From positions 1,622-65,621 of the forward strand of contig JABGPZ010000060.1 of NCBI GenBank assembly GCA_018644725.1: DNA of 64,000 bases, given 5' to 3'. This stretch comes from Phycisphaerales bacterium. Lineage in GTDB: Bacteria > Planctomycetota > Phycisphaerae > SM23-33. Position numbers and translations under genes: made by a program. A model generated the notes under the pieces. The model did not search any database and was not told the DNA's origin. It saw only the letters and a program-made list of their open reading frames with translations. The first letter of the stretch is position 1, and the number at the start of each line of letters is the position of its first letter. Below, piece after piece: positions 35,950 through 45,664 of this stretch.

Positions 35950-37455
35950 ATGGACAAGCAGACTGTGAACCTTGGCAAGCTCTCGCGGCGGCGCCTGTTG
36001 CAAAGTGCGGGGTTGGCGGCGATTTGGCCAGCAGCATCCCGCCTTGTGGCTGCGGGAAAACCCGCCAAGCCGAACATCATTCTCGTAATTGGCGACGACA
36101 TGACCTGGCACGATTGCGAGCCCTACGGCAGTACAATCGTCAAAACCCCGAACATGGCGCGTCTCGCAAGCGAAGGCATACGGCTGGATAATATGTTCAC
36201 GTCGACGGCGATGTGTGCACCGACGCGTCAGCAATTGTATACGGGTCTGTTCCCCGTTCGCAACGGTGCGTACCCAAACCACAGCCAAATCCGCTCGGGC
36301 ATCAAAACCCTGCCGGTCTACCTCAAGGCGCTCGGCTATCGTGTCGGCCTCGTCGGCAAAAGGCACTTTGGCCCGGCCGCGCAGTATCCGTATGAAAATC
36401 TCGGCATCTTGCCCAAGACGGCCAAGGCTGTCGCGGACCTCACGAAGACCAAGGCCTTTGTCAATCGCGATGCGAGTCAGCCGTTCTGCCTGGTGGTGTG
36501 TCCCTCTGACGCACATGGCCCGTGGACGCGTGGCGATGCCTCGAAGTATCCGCCAGCGAAAATCACGCCGCCGCCATATCTGCCAGACACCCCCGAGACT
36601 CGCACTGCGCTTTCGCACTACTATGCCGAAGTCACGTCGCTGGACGATTTGCTCGGCGAGGTTCTTGCGATGGCCGACGCGCCGAAACGCAAGGCCAATA
36701 CCATCGTCATGTTCACCAGCGAGCAGGGATCGAGTATGCCGTTTGGCGGCAAGTGGAGCTGCCATGATACGGGTCTGAAAACGGCGTTCCTGGTCCGCTG
36801 GCCGGGGATGGTCAAGCCCGGTTCGTCATCGGATGCGCTTTGCCAATATGTCGACGTGCTCCCGACAATGATCGAAGCGGCTGGCGGAAAACCCGAGGCG
36901 CTCAAAGCTGGGCGGCCTGATGCGAATGGCAAGACAGGGTTTGACGGCGAGAGCCTCGTCGGCGTGTTGACGGGCAAAGCCGAATCACACCGAAAGCATG
37001 TCTACGGCGTACACACCACGCGCGGGATTATCAACGGCAACGAGGCGTGGCCGATTCGCTCTGTCAGCGATGGCCGCTATAAGCTGATCTTGAATCTGAA
37101 TTCGGGCACGCCATTCAGCAATGTGATTTCCGCACCGAGAAAAGGGACCAAGGCGAGTACGCACCGGCATGAGCCCGATGCTCTGCAATCGTGGGCGAAG
37201 GCCGGCGGCGAGGCCGCCAAGCGTGCGGCGTTCTACACGACTCGTCCCGCCGTCGAACTCTATGACCTGAAGGCCGATCCGTGGGAACTGAAAAACCGCG
37301 CGAAGGACGAAACACTGTCTGCCATCCGCAAGCGCCTCGAAGCGCAGCTTGCGACATGGATGGTCTCTCAGGGCGACCAAGGCATGAAGACCGAGAAGGC
37401 CGCCCGCCGCCGTCACGGTAAGAGTCCTGCGAAACCCGCGAAGGGCAAGAAGTAG
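35950..37455 (+). CDS. Tat-exported Cys-type sulfatase (N-sulfoglucosamine sulfohydrolase-like)
   Basis: SRRRLL, PNIILVIGDD, CAPTR..LYTG, GKRH, ELYDLKADPWE. Confidence 0.92.
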   Translation: MDKQTVNLGKLSRRRLLQSAGLAAIWPAASRLVAAGKPAKPNIILVIGDDMTWHDCEPYGSTIVKTPNMARLASEGIRLDNMFTSTAMCAPTRQQLYTGLFPVRNGAYPNHSQIRSGIKTLPVYLKALGYRVGLVGKRHFGPAAQYPYENLGILPKTAKAVADLTKTKAFVNRDASQPFCLVVCPSDAHGPWTRGDASKYPPAKITPPPYLPDTPETRTALSHYYAEVTSLDDLLGEVLAMADAPKRKANTIVMFTSEQGSSMPFGGKWSCHDTGLKTAFLVRWPGMVKPGSSSDALCQYVDVLPTMIEAAGGKPEALKAGRPDANGKTGFDGESLVGVLTGKAESHRKHVYGVHTTRGIINGNEAWPIRSVSDGRYKLILNLNSGTPFSNVISAPRKGTKASTHRHEPDALQSWAKAGGEAAKRAAFYTTRPAVELYDLKADPWELKNRAKDETLSAIRKRLEAQLATWMVSQGDQGMKTEKAARRRHGKSPAKPAKGKK

Positions 37456-37482
37456 CATTTCGCGCCCCATTCTTTCTGACAT

Positions 37483-37518
37483 AAAAACAACCCCGCCAGA
37501 TGACGGGGTTGTTTTTTT
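37483..37518. terminator. Bidirectional terminator between convergent sulfatases
   Basis: AAAAACAACCCCG-ccagatga-CGGGGTTGTTTTTTT. Confidence 0.88.
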
Positions 37519-37538
37519 GTCGGTAGAACGCCGAGATA

Positions 37539-39071
37539 TTATTTCTTGGCGGGTTTCTTGGGTGACTTCTTGGGTGATTTCTTTTCGCGCTTGGGAGGCC
37601 GAACCGCGGGGATTTTGCCATTGAACTTCGCGCGGATTTTGCGGAGGGTGGCCGAGAGTTGTTTGACGGTCTCGGCGTGTTTGGGATCTTTGGCGAGGTT
37701 GGTGAATTCGCCGGGGTCGGCCTTCACATCATACAGCTCGGTGCCCTTTTTCCCGTCGTACCAGAGATTGAGGTGCCAGTTGTCCGTCCGGAGCGATTCC
37801 CCCGCGCCGCGTTGGGTTACGGTGTAGGCGGGTTTGTCGTTCCAGGCCTTGGATGCGGGGTCGTCAAGAAGCGCAGTCATCGATTGGCCAGGGAGTATCT
37901 CGGGCGGCGTGAATCCGCACAATTCGACGAGCGTCGGATAGATGTCCGTGTGCTCGACGATGCGGTCGCACTGCTTGCCCGCGGCCTTCATGCCGGGCGC
38001 GGAAATAATCAGCGGCGTACGGATTACATCTTCCCAGAGACTCTGTTTTTGCCAGCAGTCGTGCTCGCCGAGGTTCCAGCCGTGGTCGGACATGAACAGG
38101 ACGATGGTGTTGTCTTCGAGGCCGTTTTCTTTGAGCCCGTCGAGCAGGCGGCCGACCTGGGCATCCATGAAGCTCACGGAGGCGTAGTAGGCGCTGAGGG
38201 ATTTTTTCTGCTGTTCTACGCTCATGCCGTAGCGCGGGAAGTTTTTCATTGCCAGTGCGTGCGGGGGCACGTCCTTCAGGTCGTCCTTGACGGCCTTGGC
38301 GAGGATCATGCTTTTGGAGGGGAACGGCTCGAAGAATCGCTTGGGCGCGACGAGCGGCACGTGCGGCCGAACCAGCCCCACGCCGAGGAAGAACGGTTTG
38401 TCTTTGCCGAGTTTCGGCATCATTTCAAGCGCGAGGTCGGTGGCCATCACGTCGGCGTGAAGGTTGTCCGGGCCATCGGCTTCGACGCGGACGAAGTCGC
38501 ACCCTTGATGCGTCATGTTAGGCGAGCAATCTTCTTTTTTGCCGGGGGTGTTCTGCTCTTTGGCCTTGACGTTGATCGCGACATCCCAAGATTTTTTATC
38601 ATCGGCTCTGGCGGTGCCGTCAATGATTTCGCCGGGGATGCCCATGTGATAAATCTTGCTCACGCGGGCAGCATGATAGCCATTGGCCTTGAGGAACTGC
38701 GGCAGCGTGACGAGGTTTTTGACCCTGGCGCGGAGTTTGTCGCCGTGCGGGCCGTTGTGGTAGTTGCCCATCACGCCTGTGGTCCACGGGGACAGGCCAG
38801 ACATGATCGCCGCGCGCGCCGGGCCGCAGACCGGGTTCATCGTGTAGGCGCGATTGAACTGCATGCCTTGCTTGGCGAGGCGGTCGAGGTGGGGCGTTTT
38901 GCATTGGCGCCGGCCATAGCCGCTCAGCGCACAGGTCAGGTCATCGGAAATGATGAACAGGACGTTCGGCCGCTTGGCGGGTTTGGTTTCCGCCAGCAAG
39001 CGGGTGGGGCTCGTCAGTGAGATCGCTACGCCACCGAGGGCGGCTGCGGAGAGGAATTTGCGTCGGTTCAT
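37539..39071 (-). CDS. Tat-exported sulfatase (iduronate-2-sulfatase-like)
   Basis: NRRKFL, PNVLFIISDDL, CGPAR, KIYH, RPHVP, SDHGWNLGEH..WQK. Confidence 0.92.
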   Translation of the reverse strand: MNRRKFLSAAALGGVAISLTSPTRLLAETKPAKRPNVLFIISDDLTCALSGYGRRQCKTPHLDRLAKQGMQFNRAYTMNPVCGPARAAIMSGLSPWTTGVMGNYHNGPHGDKLRARVKNLVTLPQFLKANGYHAARVSKIYHMGIPGEIIDGTARADDKKSWDVAINVKAKEQNTPGKKEDCSPNMTHQGCDFVRVEADGPDNLHADVMATDLALEMMPKLGKDKPFFLGVGLVRPHVPLVAPKRFFEPFPSKSMILAKAVKDDLKDVPPHALAMKNFPRYGMSVEQQKKSLSAYYASVSFMDAQVGRLLDGLKENGLEDNTIVLFMSDHGWNLGEHDCWQKQSLWEDVIRTPLIISAPGMKAAGKQCDRIVEHTDIYPTLVELCGFTPPEILPGQSMTALLDDPASKAWNDKPAYTVTQRGAGESLRTDNWHLNLWYDGKKGTELYDVKADPGEFTNLAKDPKHAETVKQLSATLRKIRAKFNGKIPAVRPPKREKKSPKKSPKKPAKK

Positions 39072-40591
39072 CGTTTGACCTTTCGTGCGAGAATCTTCTT
39101 GTGTAGTTTCAGGAGGCGCTTGACCACCGCCGGATTTTTCTTCGCGACGTTGGTGGTTTCGCCGGGGTCTTCGAGCAGGTTGAACAGGTGTAGTGTTTTT
39201 GTTCCGTGGCGGCCGGATTTGGGAAGAATCACTTTCCAGTGGCCCTGGCGGAGAGTGTATTTCTGATAGAACACATCAATGCCAGTGTCGGATTCGCCCA
39301 GCAGCGCGGGCATGATATCGACGCTGTCGATGGCCTTGCCCTCGGGCATGGTTTCGCCGACGAGGGACGCGAAAGACGCGAAGAAATCGGTCTGTGAGAC
39401 CATGGCATCCGAGACGCCGGGTTTGATGGTCCCGGGCCAGGAGGTGATAAACGGCACGCGCGTTCCGGCCTCGAACGGCGAAGCTTTTCGGCCGCGATAG
39501 ATGCCGCCGGCTTTGTGGTCGCCGTTGAGTTCCGGCGATTGGTCGTGGTAGCCGTTGTCGAGAACGGGTCCGTTGTCGCTGGAGAAAATCACCAGCGTGT
39601 CCTCTTCGATCCCGAGGGTCTTGAGGGTTTTGAGCACCTCGCCGACGCACCAATCCATCTCGACGATCACGTCGCCGCGCGGGCCGAGCTTGGTCGTGCC
39701 CACGAACCGCTTGTTGGGCACGCGGGGGACGTGGGGTTGGTGGAGCGCGAAGTAGAGGAAGAACGGTTTGTCTTTTTTGGCGTTGCGATTGAGGAAGTCG
39801 ACGGCCTTGGCAGTGAACACGTCGGCCATGTCTTCGTCGGTCCACAGGGCCTTTTTGCCGCCCTTCATATAGCCGATGCGGCCGATGCCGTTGACGATCG
39901 AACAGTCGTGGCCTTTGGAGTGCTTCATCTTCAGCAGCTCCGGATTTTTCCTGCCCGTAGGCTCGCCGGGGAAGTTCGTTCCGTAATTCACGAGGATCGG
40001 ATCGTTTGGATCGAGGCCGACGACCGTGCCATTTTTGACGTAGACGCACGGCACGCGGTCGTTGGTCGCGGCCATGATGTATGACTCGTCAAAGCCGACT
40101 TCGTTCGTGCCGGGCGTGATTTTCTTGTTCCAGTCCACGCCGCCCTTGGTGGTGCCCAGGCCGAGGTGCCACTTGCCGACGATGCCGGTGAGGTAGCCCG
40201 CCTTCTGGAGCATTTTCGGGAGCGTCGGCTGGTCGGTCTTGATAATCATCGCCGCATCTCCGGGGAGAATTTTCGCGCGGGAGTTGCGGAACGGTGCTTC
40301 GCCCGTCAGCAGCGAATAGCGACTCGGCGTGCACGTCGGTGCCGAGCAATAGCCATTGGTGAAGCGCAGGCCTCGCTTGGCGATGGCATCGATGTTGGGC
40401 GTGGGGATGGCCTTGGAGCCATAGCAGCCAGGGTCGCCATAGCCGAGGTCATCAGCGTACAGAATCACAATGTTGGGCTTGCGCGGAGCGCGGGGCTTGG
40501 CGGCGTTCGTTGCCAGCAAGCCCCGGCCCGCAGTCACACCACCGGCGATGCCGGCGATGGTGGTCGCGCGAAGGAAGGCGCGTCGGTTCAT
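39068..40591 (-). CDS. Tat-exported arylsulfatase A-like enzyme
   Basis: NRRAFL, YADDLGYGD, CTPSRYSLLTG, GKWHLG, SSDNGP. Confidence 0.94.
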   Translation of the reverse strand: MNRRAFLRATTIAGIAGGVTAGRGLLATNAAKPRAPRKPNIVILYADDLGYGDPGCYGSKAIPTPNIDAIAKRGLRFTNGYCSAPTCTPSRYSLLTGEAPFRNSRAKILPGDAAMIIKTDQPTLPKMLQKAGYLTGIVGKWHLGLGTTKGGVDWNKKITPGTNEVGFDESYIMAATNDRVPCVYVKNGTVVGLDPNDPILVNYGTNFPGEPTGRKNPELLKMKHSKGHDCSIVNGIGRIGYMKGGKKALWTDEDMADVFTAKAVDFLNRNAKKDKPFFLYFALHQPHVPRVPNKRFVGTTKLGPRGDVIVEMDWCVGEVLKTLKTLGIEEDTLVIFSSDNGPVLDNGYHDQSPELNGDHKAGGIYRGRKASPFEAGTRVPFITSWPGTIKPGVSDAMVSQTDFFASFASLVGETMPEGKAIDSVDIMPALLGESDTGIDVFYQKYTLRQGHWKVILPKSGRHGTKTLHLFNLLEDPGETTNVAKKNPAVVKRLLKLHKKILARKVKR

Positions 40592-42144
40592 TTAGTTTTC
40601 TTTCTTTTGGCCTTGGCTTTGACCGCGGCTTGGCCTTTGGCCTTGGTGGCTTTCAGCATGGCCTGAAGCTTGGTAACGACCTTGGGGTTAGCCTTGGCGA
40701 CGTTTTTCTTTTCGCTCGGGTCGGCCTTGAGGTTGTAGAGCTGCGAGTGTTTCACGGTGCCGTCACGTTTGGTGCTGCCCGCGATGAACTTCCACTCGCC
40801 GCAGCGAACGGTGCCCTTTTGGTAGAACGCTTCGATGCCTTCTTTGGATTCGCCCAACAGTGCAGGCATGATGTTGACGCTGTCGATGGCTTGGCCGGCG
40901 GGAACGGTCGCGCCGGTCATGGCTGCGAGCGACGCGAGGTAGTCGGTCTGGCTGACAACGGCATCGCTGACACCGGGCTTGATCGTGCCGGGCCAGTAGG
41001 TGATGAACGGGACGCACGTGCCACCCTCGAAGTGGGAATATTTCCCGCCCTTGAGAATGCCCGATGCGGTGTGCTTGCCATTTTTCTGGCGAGCGTCGTC
41101 CTTGTAGCCATCGTCGAGAACCGGGCCGTTGTCGGAGCTGAAGAGGATCAGTGTGTCTTCGGCAATGCCGAGAGTTTCGAGGGCCTTGGTGATCTCGCCG
41201 ACGCACCAGTCCATCTCGACGATCACGTCACCACGCGGGCCGAGCTTGGTCGTGCCGACGAAGCGCTTGTTGGGGACGCGCGGGACGTGGGGTTGGTGCA
41301 GCGCGAAGAACAGGAAGAACGGTTTGTCTTCCTTGGACTTGCGGGTGACGAAATCGACAGCTTTGGCGGTGAAGAGGTCGGCCATGTCTTCGTCGACCCA
41401 CAGGGCCTTCTTGCCGCCCTTCATGAATCCGATGCGGCCGATGCCGTTGACGATCGAGCAGTTGTGCCCGTGGGAGTGCTTCATCTTCGTCAGCAACTCG
41501 GGGTTGTCTTTGCCGGTGGGTTCGCCGGGGAAGTTCTTCTTGTAGCTCACGAGGATCGGGTCTTTGGGGTCGAGCCCGACGACGCCTTTGTCCTTAACAT
41601 AGACGCACGGGACGCGGTCATTCGTGGCGGCCATAATGTACGATTCGTCAAAGCCGATGTCGTTGGGCGTCTGGGTGATTTTCTTGTTCCAGTCGATCGG
41701 AGCCTTGCCGTCGCCGAGGCCGAGGTGCCACTTGCCGACGACGCCGGTGGTGTAGCCCGCACTGCGGAGCACTGTTGCGACGGTGGCCTGCTTGGTGGAG
41801 ATGATCATCGCCGCGTCGCCGCGGAGGATGTGTGCGCGGCTGTTGCGGAACGGGGACTCGCCCGTCAGCAGCGAGTAGCGGCTGGGGGTGCAGGTCGGCG
41901 CGGCGCAGTAGCCGTTGGTGAACTTTTGGCCGCCCTTGGCGAGCTTGTCGATATTCGGCGTATTGATGAACTTGCTGCCATAGCAGCTCGGGTCGCCATA
42001 GCCGAGGTCGTCGGCATAGACGATGACGATATTGGGTTTTTTGATGGTGGACTTGGTGTCGGCCTTCAGCAGGTTGCGGCCAGAGATTGCGCCAGCGGCA
42101 ACGCCAGCAACAGCTGCACTTCGTAGGAACATACGTCGATTCAT
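40588..42144 (-). CDS. Tat-exported arylsulfatase A-like enzyme (paralogue of the adjacent gene)
   Basis: Start ATG 42144 (RBS GGAG). NRRMFL, CTPSRYSLLTG, and long blocks identical to 39068-40591. Confidence 0.94.
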   Translation of the reverse strand: MNRRMFLRSAAVAGVAAGAISGRNLLKADTKSTIKKPNIVIVYADDLGYGDPSCYGSKFINTPNIDKLAKGGQKFTNGYCAAPTCTPSRYSLLTGESPFRNSRAHILRGDAAMIISTKQATVATVLRSAGYTTGVVGKWHLGLGDGKAPIDWNKKITQTPNDIGFDESYIMAATNDRVPCVYVKDKGVVGLDPKDPILVSYKKNFPGEPTGKDNPELLTKMKHSHGHNCSIVNGIGRIGFMKGGKKALWVDEDMADLFTAKAVDFVTRKSKEDKPFFLFFALHQPHVPRVPNKRFVGTTKLGPRGDVIVEMDWCVGEITKALETLGIAEDTLILFSSDNGPVLDDGYKDDARQKNGKHTASGILKGGKYSHFEGGTCVPFITYWPGTIKPGVSDAVVSQTDYLASLAAMTGATVPAGQAIDSVNIMPALLGESKEGIEAFYQKGTVRCGEWKFIAGSTKRDGTVKHSQLYNLKADPSEKKNVAKANPKVVTKLQAMLKATKAKGQAAVKAKAKRKKTK

Positions 42145-42321
42145 TTGGATCTCCAATGTAGAAGGGGTTTGTGGCCGAGCTCGCATCGTGCTCACAGGAG
42201 GGATAACGGGTTTTCGGGTCGATTATTGTACTCTCCTGGCGTGATTTTCAAACAGACATTTTCGGAAATCGGGACAAAAGGGCATCCCGCCAGCAAAAAG
42301 GCCAATTCATCGCGGAGAGGC

Positions 42322-43521
42322 CTATCCATAGGCGCCGAAGCCGAAGAACCAGTGTTTTTTGGCGAAGCGGTACATCCAGTGTTTCTCGGGGATTTCTTCG
42401 CCGGGGATGTGGTGGCAGGGCAGCAGCGGCAGCGCGCGCAGGTCGTCGGTCGTCGCGCCGCGCAGGGAGGTGTCGCGGGCGTCGTGGTCGTCGAGGAAGT
42501 CGGCGAGTTTGTCCGGGCAGTCCAGCAGGACGCAGCCGCGGGTTTGCTCGGCGGCGAAGCGGCGGAAGTCGGCGAGGAATTTGCTCTCGGTGAGCGTCTT
42601 GGCGAGGTCGTCGTCGTTGTCGTGGATGTGGTCGCGGGCGAATTGGATCGGCGGGCACGGTTCGATGAATCCCGCCGGCGAGACGTGATGGCTGATGCCG
42701 GTCGCGGCCGGGCAGAGTGCGCGGCCCTTCGCGTCCCAATAGCTGTCGACGATCATGATCGGCTTTTTGCAGCGCTGCTCGACGATGAAGCGACGTGCGC
42801 GGGTGATTTCGTCGGCATCGAGCGCCAGCTCGACGTGCGGCTCGGCCCCGGCTGGGCGGTAGAGATAGTACCACGCGTAGAGTGCGCCGCGACGGATCAG
42901 CTCGTCGAGCCACGCCTCGCTACACAACTCGTCGAGGTTCGATTTGCACAGGCTCGTCGCGACGCCGGTGAACAGTTTTTCACGAACACAGTTTTCCAGC
43001 CCCGCCAGCGAGCGCTCGAGGACGTCGCTGCCGCCGCGCCGGATGTCGCTGACTGACGCGCCACCTTCGATGCTGATCAGCGGCGTGACGTTGGCGAGGG
43101 CGCGCAGTTGTTTTGCGATCTCGGGCGTGATGAGCGTGCCGTTGGTGAAGAGCTGAAACGTGCAGTCGCGGTGTCGCCCGAAAAGGTCCAGCAGCCCTTC
43201 GTGAAGGAGCGGCTCGCCGCCGAGGATGCCGAAGAAGCGGCATTTGCGTTTGCGCGCCGCCGCGATGATCGTCGCCAATTCGTCCAGCGACAGTTCCGTC
43301 TTCGGCGCGTCGACCGCGACCCAGCATCCCTGGCAGTGCAGGTTGCATTTGTTGGTGATCGACAGGAACAGAAACGGCGGGAAGACTTCGCCCGCTTTGA
43401 GGCCTTTGTTGAAGCGGCGGATTGCGCGAACGTTCGCCAGCCCGCAATTCAGCCCGAGCTTCCACAGCGTGCGGAAGGACGCGCCGCGCAGCATGCGCCA
43501 TGTGAGTTGCGGCAGAATCAT
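42322..43521 (-). CDS. Radical SAM protein with short Cys-containing (Twitch-like) C-terminal extension
   Basis: CNLHCQGC, GGEP, FTNG, CPAATG..HH...IEPCP. Confidence 0.9.
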   Translation of the reverse strand: MILPQLTWRMLRGASFRTLWKLGLNCGLANVRAIRRFNKGLKAGEVFPPFLFLSITNKCNLHCQGCWVAVDAPKTELSLDELATIIAAARKRKCRFFGILGGEPLLHEGLLDLFGRHRDCTFQLFTNGTLITPEIAKQLRALANVTPLISIEGGASVSDIRRGGSDVLERSLAGLENCVREKLFTGVATSLCKSNLDELCSEAWLDELIRRGALYAWYYLYRPAGAEPHVELALDADEITRARRFIVEQRCKKPIMIVDSYWDAKGRALCPAATGISHHVSPAGFIEPCPPIQFARDHIHDNDDDLAKTLTESKFLADFRRFAAEQTRGCVLLDCPDKLADFLDDHDARDTSLRGATTDDLRALPLLPCHHIPGEEIPEKHWMYRFAKKHWFFGFGAYG

Positions 43522-44222
43522 TGTTCGCCTCCGGTCGATGTGTCGGGGTCGATGTGTTTGAGACGCTCGGCGATTTCTGGCGGCACGGCGGCACTACCGG
43601 TGCGCGCGCGAAGTTGATCGAGAATCGATCCCGCGAGTTTTTTGCCGCCCTCGGCCGAGGCGTTTCCGGGATAGCCGTCGATGCCGCGTTCGTCACATTT
43701 GGGGAAAATGATTGCCTTCTGCGGACACGCTCGCGCGCAGGCGGGGCAATTGTTCTTGCACTTGGTTGGTTCGACGACTTGCACGGTTTCGCCGTCTTTG
43801 CGGTAAACGCCGAACAGACAAAACGAGACGCACTGGCCGCACGCGGTGCAAAGCTCGCGGTCGAGCACAGGGTACCAAGGCCGCCAGTCACCCGGCGGGT
43901 CGAGCGCGTCGATCATGTCGGCGACGGCTGCGATGGCCTCGGGAGTTGCCCTGGCGGCGGGCAGGGTTTCGCTTTGGCGCGAATCGATCACGTCGACGCT
44001 TGGCGCAAGCGCTGCTCCGGCGAAGTCCGCCAGCCAGCGAATCGCCCGCGGGGAATAGGGTGCGAGCACGCACGTCGCGTTTGCCAGCGCGTCGGCCGCG
44101 ATGGTTGGCGCAAGCACACACAGCCCCGGCAAGTCGCCGAAGACCGCCGCCTCGTTCGTCGCCAGCGTCGCGAGCAATGTCTCGCTCGCCGCCGCTTCAC
44201 CATGAAAATAGATCGTTGTCAT
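43518..44222 (-). CDS. Ferredoxin-domain protein (2x[4Fe-4S])
   Basis: CTACGQCVSFC and CKNNCPACARACP. Stop overlaps the radical SAM start. Confidence 0.85.
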   Translation of the reverse strand: MTTIYFHGEAAASETLLATLATNEAAVFGDLPGLCVLAPTIAADALANATCVLAPYSPRAIRWLADFAGAALAPSVDVIDSRQSETLPAARATPEAIAAVADMIDALDPPGDWRPWYPVLDRELCTACGQCVSFCLFGVYRKDGETVQVVEPTKCKNNCPACARACPQKAIIFPKCDERGIDGYPGNASAEGGKKLAGSILDQLRARTGSAAVPPEIAERLKHIDPDTSTGGEQ

Positions 44223-44252
44223 AGGTCAATCATTATAGAGCATTGCTCGCAG

Positions 44253-44288
44253 AAAAAAAGCAGGCCCGCCGAAAATCGACGAGCCTGC
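44253..44288 (-). terminator. Intrinsic terminator of the PQQ-like propeller gene
   Basis: A7 then GCAGGC...GCCTGC stem on + (U-tail on -). Confidence 0.65.
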
Positions 44289-44321
44289 GAGATTTATTTT
44301 TGCTGTTCAGTATTCTTTTTT

Positions 44322-44349
44322 CCTATAGCCTTTGGCCTGAAGCCTACAG
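44322..44349. repeat. Heptamer tandem repeat CCTNNNG x4
   Basis: cctatag cctttgg cctgaag cctacag. Confidence 0.6.
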
Positions 44350-44357
44350 TCTCTTCC

Positions 44358-45545
44358 CTACTTCACCTCGTAGCAGACGAGGGTGGCAGTTTTTGAGCTT
44401 TTGGGATTGTCGCGGAAAAATACCATCTTGCCTGCGACGCACGGCGAGGTCCAGCACGGCTTGGTGTTGAAGACCTTGAGGGTTTGCGTCGCCTTGAATC
44501 CTGTGGCCGAAAACGGCGCGAGGTACACGGTTCCCCGATTTCCAATGACGATCATATTCGTGCCACAGGCGATCAGCCCGCCATCGCCGATGCCCTTTTT
44601 GGACCATGTCCGCTTGCCAGTTTTGGCATCGAGGCAGACCAGCGGCGGGGTCTTCGTCGTATTGCCAGAGAAGCCGTAGAGGTAGCCCTTGTGGAGCATC
44701 GGATTGGAGAAGTGGGTGCACATGTTTTTATTTTCCCACACTTTTTTGACTTTGCCCGTCGCGTCAATTTCCAGCATCGCGCAGCCGCGATCATAGTCAC
44801 TGGAAATGAATACGCGGTTTGTGCCGACGATCAGCGGTGTCGCGGCGTTGATGTTGTACTTGGTTTCCCACGCGATGCTTCCCAAGGCCTTGCCCGTTTT
44901 GGGGTCCAGCACGACCAGCCCGCGCGCGGGGAAGGTCAGCAGGACCGTCTTGTCGCCGGGGAGAGTCATGGGAATCGCCGAGGAGTACGCCTGGCCATAG
45001 TCGGTGCGCGTTTGCCATTTGGTCTTGCCCGTCTTGGCGTCGAAGGCGACGATCCGGCCGATGTCAATCACGCACAGGCCGTCGTGGATCAGCGGGCTGT
45101 TGGCAAAGCCCCACCGGCCCGGGCGGCAGCGGAATTTCTTCGCGTGGCTTTCCCAGACGGGCTTGCCGGTTTTCGCGTTGAGGCAGAGGATGTGCCCTTC
45201 GCGGCTGACGGTGTAGACCTTGCCGTCGAAGACCGAAGGTGTGCAGCGCGGGCCGCGAAAGTTGCCGTCCGAGCAGCGGTAGGTATGCGTCCAGGTCGTC
45301 TTGCCGGTTTTGGCTTCGAGGCAGTACACCGTATCCATACCATTGGAGTTGCCCATCGTGTACAGCGCGTCACCGACGACGGTGACGTTGGAATAGCCCG
45401 TGCCGATGGATTTGGTCCAGAGCTTCTTGCCGATGGAGTTGACCTGCGGGTATTGGCCATCGCGCTTGGGCCCGAGGTAGCCTTCGAAGCCCGCAGCCAT
45501 CACGGCCGTGGTGAGCAACAAAATTGTCAGTGCGGTACGTTTCAT
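44358..45545 (-). CDS. Secreted PQQ-like (BamB-type) beta-propeller repeat protein
   Basis: Signal peptide, GPKRDG, and repeated CL(D/E/N)AKTGK..W blades. Confidence 0.9.
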   Translation of the reverse strand: MKRTALTILLLTTAVMAAGFEGYLGPKRDGQYPQVNSIGKKLWTKSIGTGYSNVTVVGDALYTMGNSNGMDTVYCLEAKTGKTTWTHTYRCSDGNFRGPRCTPSVFDGKVYTVSREGHILCLNAKTGKPVWESHAKKFRCRPGRWGFANSPLIHDGLCVIDIGRIVAFDAKTGKTKWQTRTDYGQAYSSAIPMTLPGDKTVLLTFPARGLVVLDPKTGKALGSIAWETKYNINAATPLIVGTNRVFISSDYDRGCAMLEIDATGKVKKVWENKNMCTHFSNPMLHKGYLYGFSGNTTKTPPLVCLDAKTGKRTWSKKGIGDGGLIACGTNMIVIGNRGTVYLAPFSATGFKATQTLKVFNTKPCWTSPCVAGKMVFFRDNPKSSKTATLVCYEVK

Positions 45546-45576
45546 ATCGATCTCCTTATGAGAGTGTCGTCGTATT

Positions 45577-45664
45577 CTATTCGATGCGTTTCAGTGTCAG
45601 CGTTCGCGTGGTTTTCGAGAATCACAGGGTTGCTATTCGATGCGTTTCAGTGTCAGCGTTCGCG
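45577..45664. repeat. Exact 32-bp direct repeat duplicating the 3' end of tsaE
   Basis: CTATTCGATGCGTTTCAGTGTCAGCGTTCGCG at 45577-45608 and 45633-45664, 24 bp apart. Confidence 0.9.

Noticed and set aside
45577-45664. Mini CRISPR array (32-bp repeats, 24-bp spacer)
   Set aside because: Only two copies, one of which is tsaE coding sequence. Not palindromic, and no cas genes or leader.
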